A stretch of DNA of 64,000 nt from Bacteroidota bacterium (GTDB lineage Bacteria > Bacteroidota > Ignavibacteria > SZUA-365), in the NCBI GenBank assembly GCA_003246455.1, contig QKAF01000079.1, positions 399 to 64,398 of the forward strand, in the 5' to 3' direction. The first letter of the stretch is position 1; every line of letters starts with the position of its first letter. This document shows positions 35,924-46,600 of the stretch, in pieces. Made by a program: the position numbers and the translations under genes. Under the pieces are notes generated by a model. The model made no database searches. It saw nothing but the letters and a program-made list of their open reading frames with translations, and was not told the origin of the DNA.

Positions 35924-37436
35924 GAAAAAATCCCTCTTCCGCCGGTCGCTCGATTCCGTCGAAGCGATCGGAAACGCGCTGCCCCATCCCGCCACCATTT
36001 TCGCTCTCCTCGCCGTCGTGGTCGTCATCGTTTCGGGCATCACCGCCACGATGGACCTCTCGGCCATTCATCCCGGGACAAAAGAACTCATCACCGTCCG
36101 CAGTCTCCTCTCCGCTGAAGGCATCCGCTGGATGTTCGAGAGCGTCGAGGAGAACTTCGTGGCCTTCCCGCCGCTCGGGCTCGTGCTGGTCGCGATGATC
36201 GGCATCGGCGTCGCCGAGGGTTCGGGACTGATCACCGTCGTCATCCGCGCGCTCGTGCTGAAAGCCCCGCCGCGGCTGATAACGATGGCGGTCGTGGCCG
36301 CGGGCGTGCTCAGCCACCTGGCTTCCGAGGCCGGCTACGTCGTGCTCATCCCGCTCGGCGCCGTGATGTTCTATGCGCTGGGCCGGCATCCGATTGCCGG
36401 ACTCGCGGCGGCGTTCGCGGGAGTCAGCGGCGGCTTCGGCGCGAATTTCCTGATCGGAAGCGTTGATCCGGTGCTCGCCGGACTGACCCAGAGCGCGGCG
36501 CAGATCATCGATCCGACGGTGATGATTTCCCCGGCCACCAACATCTATTTCATGTTCGTCTCCGCGATCATGATCGTGGTCGTCGGATCGCTCGTGACGG
36601 AAAAAATCGTCGAGCCGCGGCTCGGCAGATACGAGGGGACGGAAAAACCGATTGAGATGGAACGGCTCACGCAGATCGAACGCCGGGGCATATTCTGGTC
36701 CGGCATCAGCGTCGCCGTCGTTCTCGGGCTCTTCGCCCTGGCGGTGATCCCGGAAAACGGCCTCCTGCGCATTCCCGGCGAGACGGTGCTGCATTCCGCA
36801 TTCTTCAACGGCATGATCACCGCCATCATGATATTCTTCCTGATTCCCGGCGTCGTCTACGGCCTGGTGACCGGATCGATTCGCTCGGACAAGGACGGCG
36901 TCAGGCAGATGATCTCTTCGATGAGCCACATGGCCACGTATATCGTCCTCGTGTTTTTCGCCGCGCAGTTCGTTTTCTATTTCAATTATTCCCGTCTCGG
37001 ACTGATACTCGCCATCGAGGGTGCGGACCTCCTCAGCCATATCGGCTTCACGGGCATACCGCTGATGATCGCTTTCATCCTCGTTTCGGCGTTCATCAAC
37101 ATGTTCATGGGATCCGCATCCGCGAAGTGGGCGATCATGGCGCCGGTCTTCGTGCCCATGTTCATGCTCATCGGGTATCACCCGTCGCTGACCCAGATGG
37201 TGTTCCGCGTCGGCGATTCGCTGACGAACGTCATCACGCCGATGATGTCATATTTCGCGCTGATCGTCGCCTTCGCGGAGAAATACGACGAGGACTACGG
37301 CATCGGGACCATCATCTCGACCATGCTTCCGTACAGTATCGTCTTCGGAATCGTATGGACCCTGCTGCTCGTCGCATGGATGCTGACCGGGCTGCCGGTC
37401 GGTCCGGACGGGCCGCTGCACTACCTGCCGGGCTGA
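35916..37436 (+). CDS. AbgT-family transporter
   Basis: GNALPHP, GRHPIAG, GVSGGF, SASAKWA, RVGDS..N.ITP. Confidence 0.92.
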   Translation: MSEKKSLFRRSLDSVEAIGNALPHPATIFALLAVVVVIVSGITATMDLSAIHPGTKELITVRSLLSAEGIRWMFESVEENFVAFPPLGLVLVAMIGIGVAEGSGLITVVIRALVLKAPPRLITMAVVAAGVLSHLASEAGYVVLIPLGAVMFYALGRHPIAGLAAAFAGVSGGFGANFLIGSVDPVLAGLTQSAAQIIDPTVMISPATNIYFMFVSAIMIVVVGSLVTEKIVEPRLGRYEGTEKPIEMERLTQIERRGIFWSGISVAVVLGLFALAVIPENGLLRIPGETVLHSAFFNGMITAIMIFFLIPGVVYGLVTGSIRSDKDGVRQMISSMSHMATYIVLVFFAAQFVFYFNYSRLGLILAIEGADLLSHIGFTGIPLMIAFILVSAFINMFMGSASAKWAIMAPVFVPMFMLIGYHPSLTQMVFRVGDSLTNVITPMMSYFALIVAFAEKYDEDYGIGTIISTMLPYSIVFGIVWTLLLVAWMLTGLPVGPDGPLHYLPG

Positions 37437-37585
37437 GCCGGCGGTTTTCCCGCGAAAACACCCCGCCCGGACTCCCGGGCGGGACCGCCGCGCCCGCCTT
37501 TGATCAGAGGGTCGATTTTCTTAGCTTTCGCAGTTGAGATCCATCTGCATCTCCTCTGTCGTTTAGAGCCACAACACCGGCCTGC

Positions 37586-38305
37586 ATGGAATATCTCGCT
37601 ACAGTACTTATCGGGACTCTCGTCGGAATCCTGATCACGGTTCCGCTTGGTCCCACATCCATCTACGTCGCGCAACGGACGCTGCGCGGCGATACACGGA
37701 AGGGACTGCTGGTAGCCGTCGGCGCTGTGATCGTGGATGTCTTCTACTGTCTTATCATCACGATGGGGCTGATCGCGCTGGTGCACCCCTACCTGCAGAA
37801 TGCGGTGGTGCAGATCGTGTTCTCCGTGTTTCTCATCGGCTACGGCATGAAAATGCTGCTGTTCGAGAAGAAACACATCCGGGAAGAGGAGGAAAGCAGC
37901 GGTGATGCGAACAGCGTACCTGCAGGCGAGGAGGCGGAGGACGACAGCCTCCCCGAGCCGCGCACGCGCTTCTTCAAGAAATCCCATTATAGCGGGGTGC
38001 TGATCGGCATCTCCATGACGCTTGCAAACCCGACGCTCTTTTTCTCATGGATCGCGGTGCTGAGCTTCGTCAGCGCGCACGGACTCCTGATCGACAGCAC
38101 GGTGCACAAGCTCCTTTTCTCCCTGGCCGTCGGAGCGGGAAGCATGGGCTGGTTCCTTGCGCTCGCGCTGTTCGTGCGGAACCGCCGGCACATTATTTCC
38201 GACGGTTTCGTGAAGATGGCATCATCCATTACTGCCCTTGTGATCATTGGATTTGGTGTGTATTTTACCATCACGATCTTTCAACATCTCAACGGGGCGA
38301 CCTGA
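37586..38305 (+). CDS. LysE-family translocator
   Basis: PLGP motif, NP motif, six TM segments. Confidence 0.82.
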   Translation: MEYLATVLIGTLVGILITVPLGPTSIYVAQRTLRGDTRKGLLVAVGAVIVDVFYCLIITMGLIALVHPYLQNAVVQIVFSVFLIGYGMKMLLFEKKHIREEEESSGDANSVPAGEEAEDDSLPEPRTRFFKKSHYSGVLIGISMTLANPTLFFSWIAVLSFVSAHGLLIDSTVHKLLFSLAVGAGSMGWFLALALFVRNRRHIISDGFVKMASSITALVIIGFGVYFTITIFQHLNGAT

Positions 38306-38429
38306 CAGGGCAGAAGCGTCCGTTTATTTCTCCGATCCGATCGCAGGCATACCGGCACTCGACTCACCGGCCGGGTTGTTACTAACATACATTTCGGACC
38401 ATCCACTCCGGAATACATCTCCTACATCG

Positions 38430-40040
38430 ATGAAAAAGCTGTACACCCATCTGCTGATGGCAATCCTGGCCGTTCTGGGGACGGAGGCTGCCGCACAACC
38501 GCAAAACGTGCGCATCGACCTGCCCGGCAGTTCCGCCGAGGAAGTCTCGATCGCAATCAACCCGCTCGATCCCGATAACATTGTTGCGGGTGCGAATCTC
38601 AATTACCATTTCGCATCGTTCGATGGCGGGAAAACCTGGACGCAGGGGGAGCTCCCCGGCGGAACCTGGGGAGACCCGGCCGTCCTATTCGACAAGACCG
38701 GACGCGCATATATCGCGAACCTGGTCTACGGCTGGGATGCGATTATCGTGCGGCGCAGCGATGACGGCGGACTCACCTGGTCGACCCCGGTGAAGCTTTT
38801 CGGACCGAGTTCCGACAGCGCCAAGGTGGGAAGCCTGTACCGGTCGAGTCTGCAGGACAAGGAATTCCTCGTTGCGGATCTGACCGACGGTCCGTTCGGC
38901 GGTTCCATTTACGCGGCGTGGACGGATTTCACGAAATACGGCAGCAGGAACGAGCAGGACAGCAGCGTGATCGTCTTCGCCCGCTCGACGGACCGCGGCG
39001 AAAGCTTCGAGCCCTTTGTCCGCGTCAGCGACAAGGCGGGCGACGCCGTCGACAGCGATGAAACCATGGAAGGCGCCGTGCCGGCGGTCGGTCCCGACGG
39101 GCAGGTCTACCTTGCCTGGGCGGGTCCGGACGGACTGTATTTCGACCGTTCGATGGACGGCGGGAAGACCTTCGGTACCGACAAAATCATTTCCGACATG
39201 CCCGGGGGATGGGATATCGACATTTCCGGCATATCCCGATCCAACGGGCTGCCGATCACCCTGGCCGACATTTCGAACTCTCCGTACCGCGGCAACATCT
39301 ACGTCAACTGGGTGGATCAGCGCAACGGGGATCCCGATGTGTTCATCGCCGTTTCGTCGGACGAGGGTGAAAGCTGGTCCGCACCGATCCGCGTCAATGA
39401 CGACGAGCTGGGGAACGGCCGCGATCAGTTTTTCACCTGGGCGACAGTGGATCCGGTCACCGGGGATCTCTGGGTGGTTTTCCACGACCGCCGCCGGTAT
39501 GCGACCGATTCCACGGACGTCTATCTCGCGCGCTCGACGGACGGCGGTCAGACGTTCGTCAACGAACTGCTGAGCGACATGCCGTTTTTCCCGAGTCCGA
39601 TGGTGTTTTTCGGCGATTACAACGGCATCAGCGCGTACAACGGACGCGTGCGGCCGATATGGGTTGAGCTCGATCAGGGCGAACTGGGCGTCTACACGGC
39701 ACTGATCGATGTTTCCGAACCCAACAGCATTTCCGCGCCGCCCGGCAGCACGCAGGGTTTCCGGATGGAGACGTATCCGAATCCCGTTCCGTTTACGTCG
39801 GGTACACAGCTGAAACTGCATCTTCATTCGCAGGCGGCAGGAGTCGCCGAGATCGCCTTTTTCGATATGATCGGCCGGCAGGTGGGGCCCATCACGGAGA
39901 AGCACGTGTACGAGGGAGAACAGGCCTTTTCCGTCGATGTCCGCGGCTGCAGGCCGGGACTGTATATCTGCCGCGCCGTGATGCAGGGTCCGGGCGCGGA
40001 GACCGAATCTGTTTCCCGTATCGTGACCATACTGCCCTGA
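38430..40040 (+). CDS. Secreted sialidase-like Asp-box propeller protein with T9SS C-terminal domain
   Basis: SxDGGxTW/F repeats, GDP, FFGDY, C-terminal YPNP..DMIGRQV..PGLYI. Start MKKLYT. Confidence 0.85.
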   Translation: MKKLYTHLLMAILAVLGTEAAAQPQNVRIDLPGSSAEEVSIAINPLDPDNIVAGANLNYHFASFDGGKTWTQGELPGGTWGDPAVLFDKTGRAYIANLVYGWDAIIVRRSDDGGLTWSTPVKLFGPSSDSAKVGSLYRSSLQDKEFLVADLTDGPFGGSIYAAWTDFTKYGSRNEQDSSVIVFARSTDRGESFEPFVRVSDKAGDAVDSDETMEGAVPAVGPDGQVYLAWAGPDGLYFDRSMDGGKTFGTDKIISDMPGGWDIDISGISRSNGLPITLADISNSPYRGNIYVNWVDQRNGDPDVFIAVSSDEGESWSAPIRVNDDELGNGRDQFFTWATVDPVTGDLWVVFHDRRRYATDSTDVYLARSTDGGQTFVNELLSDMPFFPSPMVFFGDYNGISAYNGRVRPIWVELDQGELGVYTALIDVSEPNSISAPPGSTQGFRMETYPNPVPFTSGTQLKLHLHSQAAGVAEIAFFDMIGRQVGPITEKHVYEGEQAFSVDVRGCRPGLYICRAVMQGPGAETESVSRIVTILP

Positions 40041-40163
40041 TTTTTTTTCCGCAACCCGAACCGGCCGCCGCGAAAGCGTAGGTTTGCGCGGCTGCCGGGT
40101 TCCCGCGACGCGATACCGCGCGTCGCCCCACAAGTTTATCCGTTCCTGATACTCGAGGTTCTC

Positions 40164-42353
40164 ATGTCCGAACTCACCCGTATGACCAAAGCCGAGCTCA
40201 TCGAAGAGATCACCCGACTCCGCTCGCAGAACGAGGGGAATGCCGATCAGCCCGATGCCAACGGGAAATTCGATGAGGATGCGCTTTTCGAGCTCGCCGG
40301 AGACGCGGAGGGCGATGAGCTCTTTCTCGTCACCGATACCGGCCGATTTGTTTTCGTCAACGATACGGCGCTCCAGCGCCTCGGATACGAAGAGCAGGAA
40401 ATACTCGGCATGTCGCTGCCGCGCATCGATCCCAACAACACCCGCGCCGCCTGGCTCGGGCGCGTGTCGCGGCTGAAGCAGTCGGATGAACCGGATGTAT
40501 TCGAGACCGAGCATATCGCCAGCGACGGCGGGGTGCAGGCCAAGGAAATCACGGCATCCTACGTCACATACAAGTCGCGCACCTACGTTCTCTGCGTCGG
40601 CAAGGGCATTGACCGCGTCGAGGGGAAACGCAGCCCCGCCTCCACGGTCCGCACACGCGAACAGGTGCTGATGCAGTCGACGTCCGACGGCGTGCTCGTC
40701 GTCGATACGCGGGGCACCATCACCGAGAGCAACGCCGTCGCCGACCGCCTGCTCAGTGTCTCCAAGAACGAGGTGATCGGCCGGTCCTGCATCGATTCCC
40801 GCTGGCGCCTCGTCGACAGCGACGGCTCTCCCCTCAGCATCAGCAGCCACCCGATGATGATCGCCCTCGTCGAGGAACAGCCGATCGCCAACCGCCGCAT
40901 CCACATGCTGGCGCTGGACGGTTCGCGTCGGATGATGATGGTCAACGCAGCGCCGATCTACGACGAAGCGGGCGCGCTCGCGGGAGCCATCGGCTGCCTC
41001 CGTCCGTACGAAGACAGCACCGAGCGCAAGGAGCAGGTGCGGCGCGACACGAGCCTCAACGCGATGTACCGGGCCGTGGTCCAGGCGATGGTGACGGCAG
41101 GTTCGGAAGACGATCTCGAACGCAGCGTCTGTGAGGCGCTGGTGAAGCACGGCAATTATCACCTGGTGTGGCGCGGCATCACGAAGCCCAGTGACGAGCG
41201 CATCCATCCGACCGTGAGCGCCGGAGAGGGTACCGACTACCTGATGAAAATCAAGATCCGCTACGACGAAAGCGAGTACGGAAACGGTCCCATCGGCCGG
41301 GCAATGAAGACGCAGCAGGTCGTCGTCGTCCCGGATCTTTCCGTCGATCCCACGTACGAGCCCTGGCGCCGCCAGGCGGAGCGCATGGGACTGCATTCCC
41401 TCGCGGCGTTTCCCATGCAGTTCACCGGCGAGAAAGTCGGCGTCCTCATCTGTTACTCGCAGGACAAGAATCATTTCGTCGGATCCGAGCTCGAGCGTCT
41501 CAAGGAGATCGCCCTGCTCTTCTCCTACGGGATCGGCGTGCGGAGGCGCGCGGATGCGGACCGCATCATGCGCAGCGAGTTCGCGACGCAGAAAATGATG
41601 CTCGACATCTACAACAGCACCCTTCCCGTGGCCGTGGCGCGGTTCGATGTCCGCGAACCGTTCCGCTGTGAATCCGCGAACCGGGAATTCCTCGCGCTGG
41701 TCGACGAACCGTACCGCAGCACCGGTGTCGAGGGCTGCTTCGTCACCGATATCATGTACGCGGTGTATCATCGCGATATCTATCAGCGCATGGCGGAGGC
41801 CGCCTCGGGCGGAGAGACGGTCGGCAGCGACGACGAGATATTCACCGACTGGCAGGGGCATGAGATGCACTGGAGCTGGCGCATCGTTCCGGTACCGGGC
41901 GACGCCGGGCATCAGCAGCTGCTCTATATCGGTTACCGCCTCGACGCCGGGACCCTCGTCGCGGAAGACGAAGCGTCCGCCGCGACCGGAAACGCCGTAC
42001 CGGCTTCCGGCGACGCCGCCGACACCCCGGCCGTCGTGCGGATGTCCGGGCCGCGCTTCGGCGCCCGCGCAAAAGCCGAGACACGCCTGGCGCGCTTCCT
42101 GGAAGAGGGAAGGATCCTCGACGCCAACCGCGCAGCGACCGCGCTCTTCGGCGCGGCGGAAGGCAGCACCGGCATTTCCGCTGACGCGTTTTTCGGCGAA
42201 GGGCGGACGGCTTTCCTCTCGGAAGTACTCATGGCGAAGGGCGTCGGGGAAACCGTGGAGACCGCCTCCGCGGCAGACGGAAAGGCAGTGTCGTGCCAGG
42301 TGTTTTCGATGCCGGAGGACGACGGACAGCAGCTGCTGCTGATCTGCGGGTGA
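40164..42353 (+). CDS. PAS/GAF sensor protein with no recognisable output domain
   Basis: N-terminal coiled coil, PAS, PAS, GAF (GPIGRAMKT..YEPWR..AAFP), PAS-like domains. No H-box, GGDEF, EAL or HTH seen. Confidence 0.75.
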   Translation: MSELTRMTKAELIEEITRLRSQNEGNADQPDANGKFDEDALFELAGDAEGDELFLVTDTGRFVFVNDTALQRLGYEEQEILGMSLPRIDPNNTRAAWLGRVSRLKQSDEPDVFETEHIASDGGVQAKEITASYVTYKSRTYVLCVGKGIDRVEGKRSPASTVRTREQVLMQSTSDGVLVVDTRGTITESNAVADRLLSVSKNEVIGRSCIDSRWRLVDSDGSPLSISSHPMMIALVEEQPIANRRIHMLALDGSRRMMMVNAAPIYDEAGALAGAIGCLRPYEDSTERKEQVRRDTSLNAMYRAVVQAMVTAGSEDDLERSVCEALVKHGNYHLVWRGITKPSDERIHPTVSAGEGTDYLMKIKIRYDESEYGNGPIGRAMKTQQVVVVPDLSVDPTYEPWRRQAERMGLHSLAAFPMQFTGEKVGVLICYSQDKNHFVGSELERLKEIALLFSYGIGVRRRADADRIMRSEFATQKMMLDIYNSTLPVAVARFDVREPFRCESANREFLALVDEPYRSTGVEGCFVTDIMYAVYHRDIYQRMAEAASGGETVGSDDEIFTDWQGHEMHWSWRIVPVPGDAGHQQLLYIGYRLDAGTLVAEDEASAATGNAVPASGDAADTPAVVRMSGPRFGARAKAETRLARFLEEGRILDANRAATALFGAAEGSTGISADAFFGEGRTAFLSEVLMAKGVGETVETASAADGKAVSCQVFSMPEDDGQQLLLICG

Positions 42354-42371
42354 ATCAACAGGACACACGCA

Positions 42372-43523
42372 ATGTTTGAAAGCGTATTCGACGACGGATC
42401 CATCGCCATGCGGCCGACGGTGATCGAGGTGGACCTCGACGCACTGCGTGACAATGTATCGCGCCTCCGCGACCACGTCGGGAACACGCGTATCATGGCA
42501 ACGGTCAAAGCCAACGCATACGGGCACGGACTGGTTCGCACGGCGAAGGAACTGCTGCGTTTCGGGGTCGACGAACTCGGTGTGGCCTTCCTCGAAGAGG
42601 GGATCGCCCTCCGGCGCGCAGGCATCACCGCACCGATCCTCGTGCTCGGGGGAATCATCGGCAACCAGATCGCCCACTTCCTCGAATATGACCTTCAGAT
42701 CACCGCGTCGAGTGTTTTCAAACTCCGGCAGATCGACGAGACCGCCGCCGCGATGGGCAAACGCGCCCAGGTCCAGCTGAAAATCGATACCGGGATGGGG
42801 CGCATCGGCATTCGCCACGAAAACGCGGCCCAGCTCTTCGATGCCTTCCAGGATGCGCGACACTGCGACCTCCGGGGCGTCTTTTCGCATTTTGCGTCGT
42901 CACACGATCCCGACAAACGTTTCACCCGGCTGCAGCTCGACCGCTTTCTCGCGGCACTCGAGTATTTTCCGCGGCACGGGCTCCCGACGCCGACGCGGCA
43001 CATCGCCAATTCCGCCGCGGTGCTGCAGCACCCTGACGCCATGCTCGATATGGTTCGTCCGGGCATCATGCTGTACGGAGTGTATCCCGGCCCCGAGGTC
43101 GAGCGCTCGATCCGCATCCGGCCGGTATTGAGCATGAAAACCCGGGTGGTCTATTTCAAAGTCGTGCTCGCCGGTGCCTCGATCGGGTACGATCACACGT
43201 GGACCGCCGGGCACGATACGCGCGTGGTAACGCTGCCGGTCGGGTACGGGGACGGATACGCGCGCAGTCTCTCGAACCGCGGCGCGGTGCTGATCAACGG
43301 GCGGCGCTATCCGATCGTCGGACGGATTTCCATGGATCAGTGCATGGTCGACATCGGGCAGGATTCGGCCTACACCGGCGACGAAGCCGTCCTTATCGGC
43401 GGGCAGGGCGAGGAACGCATTTCCGTCGAAGAACTCGCCGAGCACTGCGACACCATCCCTTACGAAATTCTGACCATGCTGAATACGCGCGTCCCCCGCA
43501 AGTACGTCGGCGGAGCGCCGTGA
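42372..43523 (+). CDS. alr: Alanine racemase
   Basis: TVKANAYGHG, KIDTGMGRIG, SHFA, ANSA, RPGIMLYG, GYGDG, GRISMDQ, TIPYE. Confidence 0.95.
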   Translation: MFESVFDDGSIAMRPTVIEVDLDALRDNVSRLRDHVGNTRIMATVKANAYGHGLVRTAKELLRFGVDELGVAFLEEGIALRRAGITAPILVLGGIIGNQIAHFLEYDLQITASSVFKLRQIDETAAAMGKRAQVQLKIDTGMGRIGIRHENAAQLFDAFQDARHCDLRGVFSHFASSHDPDKRFTRLQLDRFLAALEYFPRHGLPTPTRHIANSAAVLQHPDAMLDMVRPGIMLYGVYPGPEVERSIRIRPVLSMKTRVVYFKVVLAGASIGYDHTWTAGHDTRVVTLPVGYGDGYARSLSNRGAVLINGRRYPIVGRISMDQCMVDIGQDSAYTGDEAVLIGGQGEERISVEELAEHCDTIPYEILTMLNTRVPRKYVGGAP

Positions 43524-43652
43524 CGGCGCATCTTGTGATCAGATGGGAATAGCCGTATAATAGCCTTGTCATGCCGTCCGCGCATCTCGCCTCTGAACGC
43601 CTTTCGCCGGGCATGATCGCAGTATAAGAGATCCAGACATTCAGGAGTGTCA

Positions 43653-46600
43653 ATGGAAATCGTCCATGTGCTGCTGCTGGAAGACCATGAAGGGGAAGCC
43701 CGTCTCAACCAGCGGCTGCTCGAACGCTCGTACACCACGGAATTTCATTTCGAGAGTTTCCGGACACTGCAGGAAGCCCTTTCCGTTCTCGGATCGGGGA
43801 ACTACGACGTCGCCCTGCTGGATCTCAACCTGCCGGATTCCAAGGGCATCGATACCTTCCTCGCACTGCAGACCGCGGCACCCGGACTTCCGGTGGTCAT
43901 CGTATCCGCCGTTGCCGACGACCGGCTCGCACAGGACGCCATCCGGCACGGAGCACAGGATTATCTCATCAAGGGGAACATCACCAGCGAGACGCTTACG
44001 CGCTGTGTCGGTTACGCGATCGCGCGGAAGCAGGCGCTCACGATGGGCGGGAGCATCTCCCACCAGATCGACAGCGCGGATCTTCCGCTCAGCGCATCCT
44101 TCGTTCTGGATGCCGGCGAGCGTATCGCGCGCGCACAGGCCCAGCTCGCGCAGCTTTTCGACGTTCCGGATTCAATGACGCTTCTGCGTCATCCGTTCTC
44201 CTCGTTCTTCGATGTGCAGGACAGAACCCGCCTGACCGAGGCGCTGCGGCGCGTGAAGCGGGGAACCGCCGAAACGCTCCTCCTCCATTCCGCCGCGGGG
44301 AAATCCGGCAGCCGGCGGCTGCTGGTCGTCCTGTCGGGCGCGGATACCGCGGGCGACGCGCATGTGCAGGGGACGGTGGTCCTCGCACCGGCAGGCATCG
44401 ATGAAAACGGCGAAGGAAAGGACATCGAAGCGCGGTACCGGGCGCTGGTGGAGCGAAGCCAGGACGGCGTTTTCGTGCTCTTCGACGGGAAGATCAACTT
44501 CGCCAACAGCGCCTTCGCGGAGATGCTGGGATACGAAGTCAGGGACCTGGAGGAAAAGGAGATCGGGTACCTCGTCGCACCGGAGGATCGGGACCTGATC
44601 ATGAACAATTACCGCCGTCGTGTCGCGGGGGAAGACGTTCCCGATCGTTACGAATTCATGGCGCTGCACCGCAGCGGTTCGCGAATACGCGTCCAGCTCA
44701 GCGTCGGACGCATCCCGCTCAGGAACGGTATCGGGGTGATGGGGACGCTCAAGAACATCAACGAACAGTATCGCGTCTCGTACCTGATGCGGCTGCAGCA
44801 CCGGCTGGCCATCGATCTCGCGCACAGTCAGAAGCGCGGAGAGATTTACGACCATCTGCTCCAGGGTGTGCTGCGCATCGAGAATATCGACCTCGCCGCG
44901 ATCTATGTCCATGATCCGGAGAAAGGCGGATTCCATCTCGCCGCATGGCGCGGCATCCGCGGTCCTTTCCCCAGCGCGGGCAGGACGGACGCGTTCAGCC
45001 AGGTCCACGACCGCGTCATTCGGGAGACCACACCGCTCTATCTCACCGCGCACGCGCTGCCGCAGGATCAGCTCGGAAGCATGCTCTCGCCGAGCGGCAT
45101 CCGCGCGTTCGGTCTTGTGCCTGTCCTTCATGGCGGGCTGAGTATCGCCGCGCTGGACGTCGCGTCGCTGACGGCGGAACGCATCGACGAACCCGTGCAG
45201 AGCACGCTCGAATCCATCTCGTCCTTCCTCGGCGGGGTTCTCGCGCGCGTGCTTGCGGAAGAAGCGCGGCAGGAAAGCGAACTGCTGTATCGTGCGGTCG
45301 TGGAGAAAAGTCATGACGCCATTTTCATCTACCGCAACGAGCGCCTCGTGTTCGTGAACGAGAAAACGCTCGCGCTCACCGGGTATGCGAAAGACGAGCT
45401 GGCCGAAATGAATCCCTGGACGATCGTGCATCCCGATGACCGGAAACGCATTCAGTCCATCGCCACGCAGCGCATTTCGGGAAACAACGTTCCCATGGTG
45501 TACGAAGGCAGAATCCTCACGCGGGACGGAACCATCCGGACGGGTGAATTCGCCGCCACGATGATACGCTACGAGGGCGAACTCGCCTCACTCGTGACCG
45601 TGCGTGACGTGACCTCGCGCAAATCGCAGGAAGACGAACTGCGCCGCAGCGACGCGCTGATTCGCGCGGCAGGATTCGCAGCGACACGTTTCCTTCGCGC
45701 GGCGAACTGGAGCGATTCCATCATGGAGGTGCTGGAGCGATTCGGAAACGCGGCGAATGTCTGCCGCGTGGTGATCTTCGAAAACGTTTCCGACGAACAG
45801 GGCGCCCGCATCATGAAGCAGCGGGCGGTCTGGGTACGCCCGGAAATGCGCGACAGCATGATCGACCGTGTGCCGGACGGGTATTCCTTCGACGATGAAC
45901 CGTTCCGCCGCTGGGCGGCGGAACTGTCCGCCGGCCATCCGATATCGGGCATCATCGACAATCTGCCCAACGAAGAGCAGGTGTTTCTCGCCCGGCAAAA
46001 CGTCCGTTCCCTCGCCGTGCTCCCCGTTTTCAGCGGCAATCACTGGTGGGGCATCATCCGTTTCGATGAGTGCCGCATTCGCCGCACCTGGCTGCGTTCG
46101 GAACTCGAAGCCATGGGCGTGAGCGCGGAAACGCTGGGCGCGGCCATCCGGCGAAAGCAGGACGAGGAAGAACTGATCGCCTCACGGGAACATGCGGTGC
46201 AGGCGGAAGCCATCAAGAACGCATTCATCGCGAATATCTCCCACGAAGTCCGCACGCCCCTGAATATCATTCTCGGGTACCTGGCCCTGGTCGCCGAACT
46301 CTCGCATCAGTCGGAGGACGATGAGCTGCGCGAGTTCATCGAGGCGATCAACGAGGCCAGCATCCGGCTGATACGGACGGTCGATTCCATTCTCAATATC
46401 TCGCGCTTCCAGTCGAACGACATCGCGATCAACAATGTCCCGATCCGTCTCGACAAGCTGCTCGGAGAGTGTGGCGAACGCTTCCGCCGACCGGCCGAGA
46501 CCAAGGGCCTCGCGATGTCCTTCGCGAACACGGCCGGTGCGATCGAGCTGCTCGGGGATCGTCATTTCCTGACCGAAGCCATCGAGCATCTGCTGGACAA

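Noticed and set aside
40041-40163. c-di-GMP riboswitch-like bits (GCGAAAGC; also GGACGCAAAG near 24713)
   Set aside because: The GCAAAC..GAAA..GGACGCAAAGC core is not present in order at either site.
38685-42890. 1401-aa ORF on - strand
   Set aside because: Antisense shadow of three well-supported + genes with no recognisable motifs; long stop-free reverse frames are expected at high GC.
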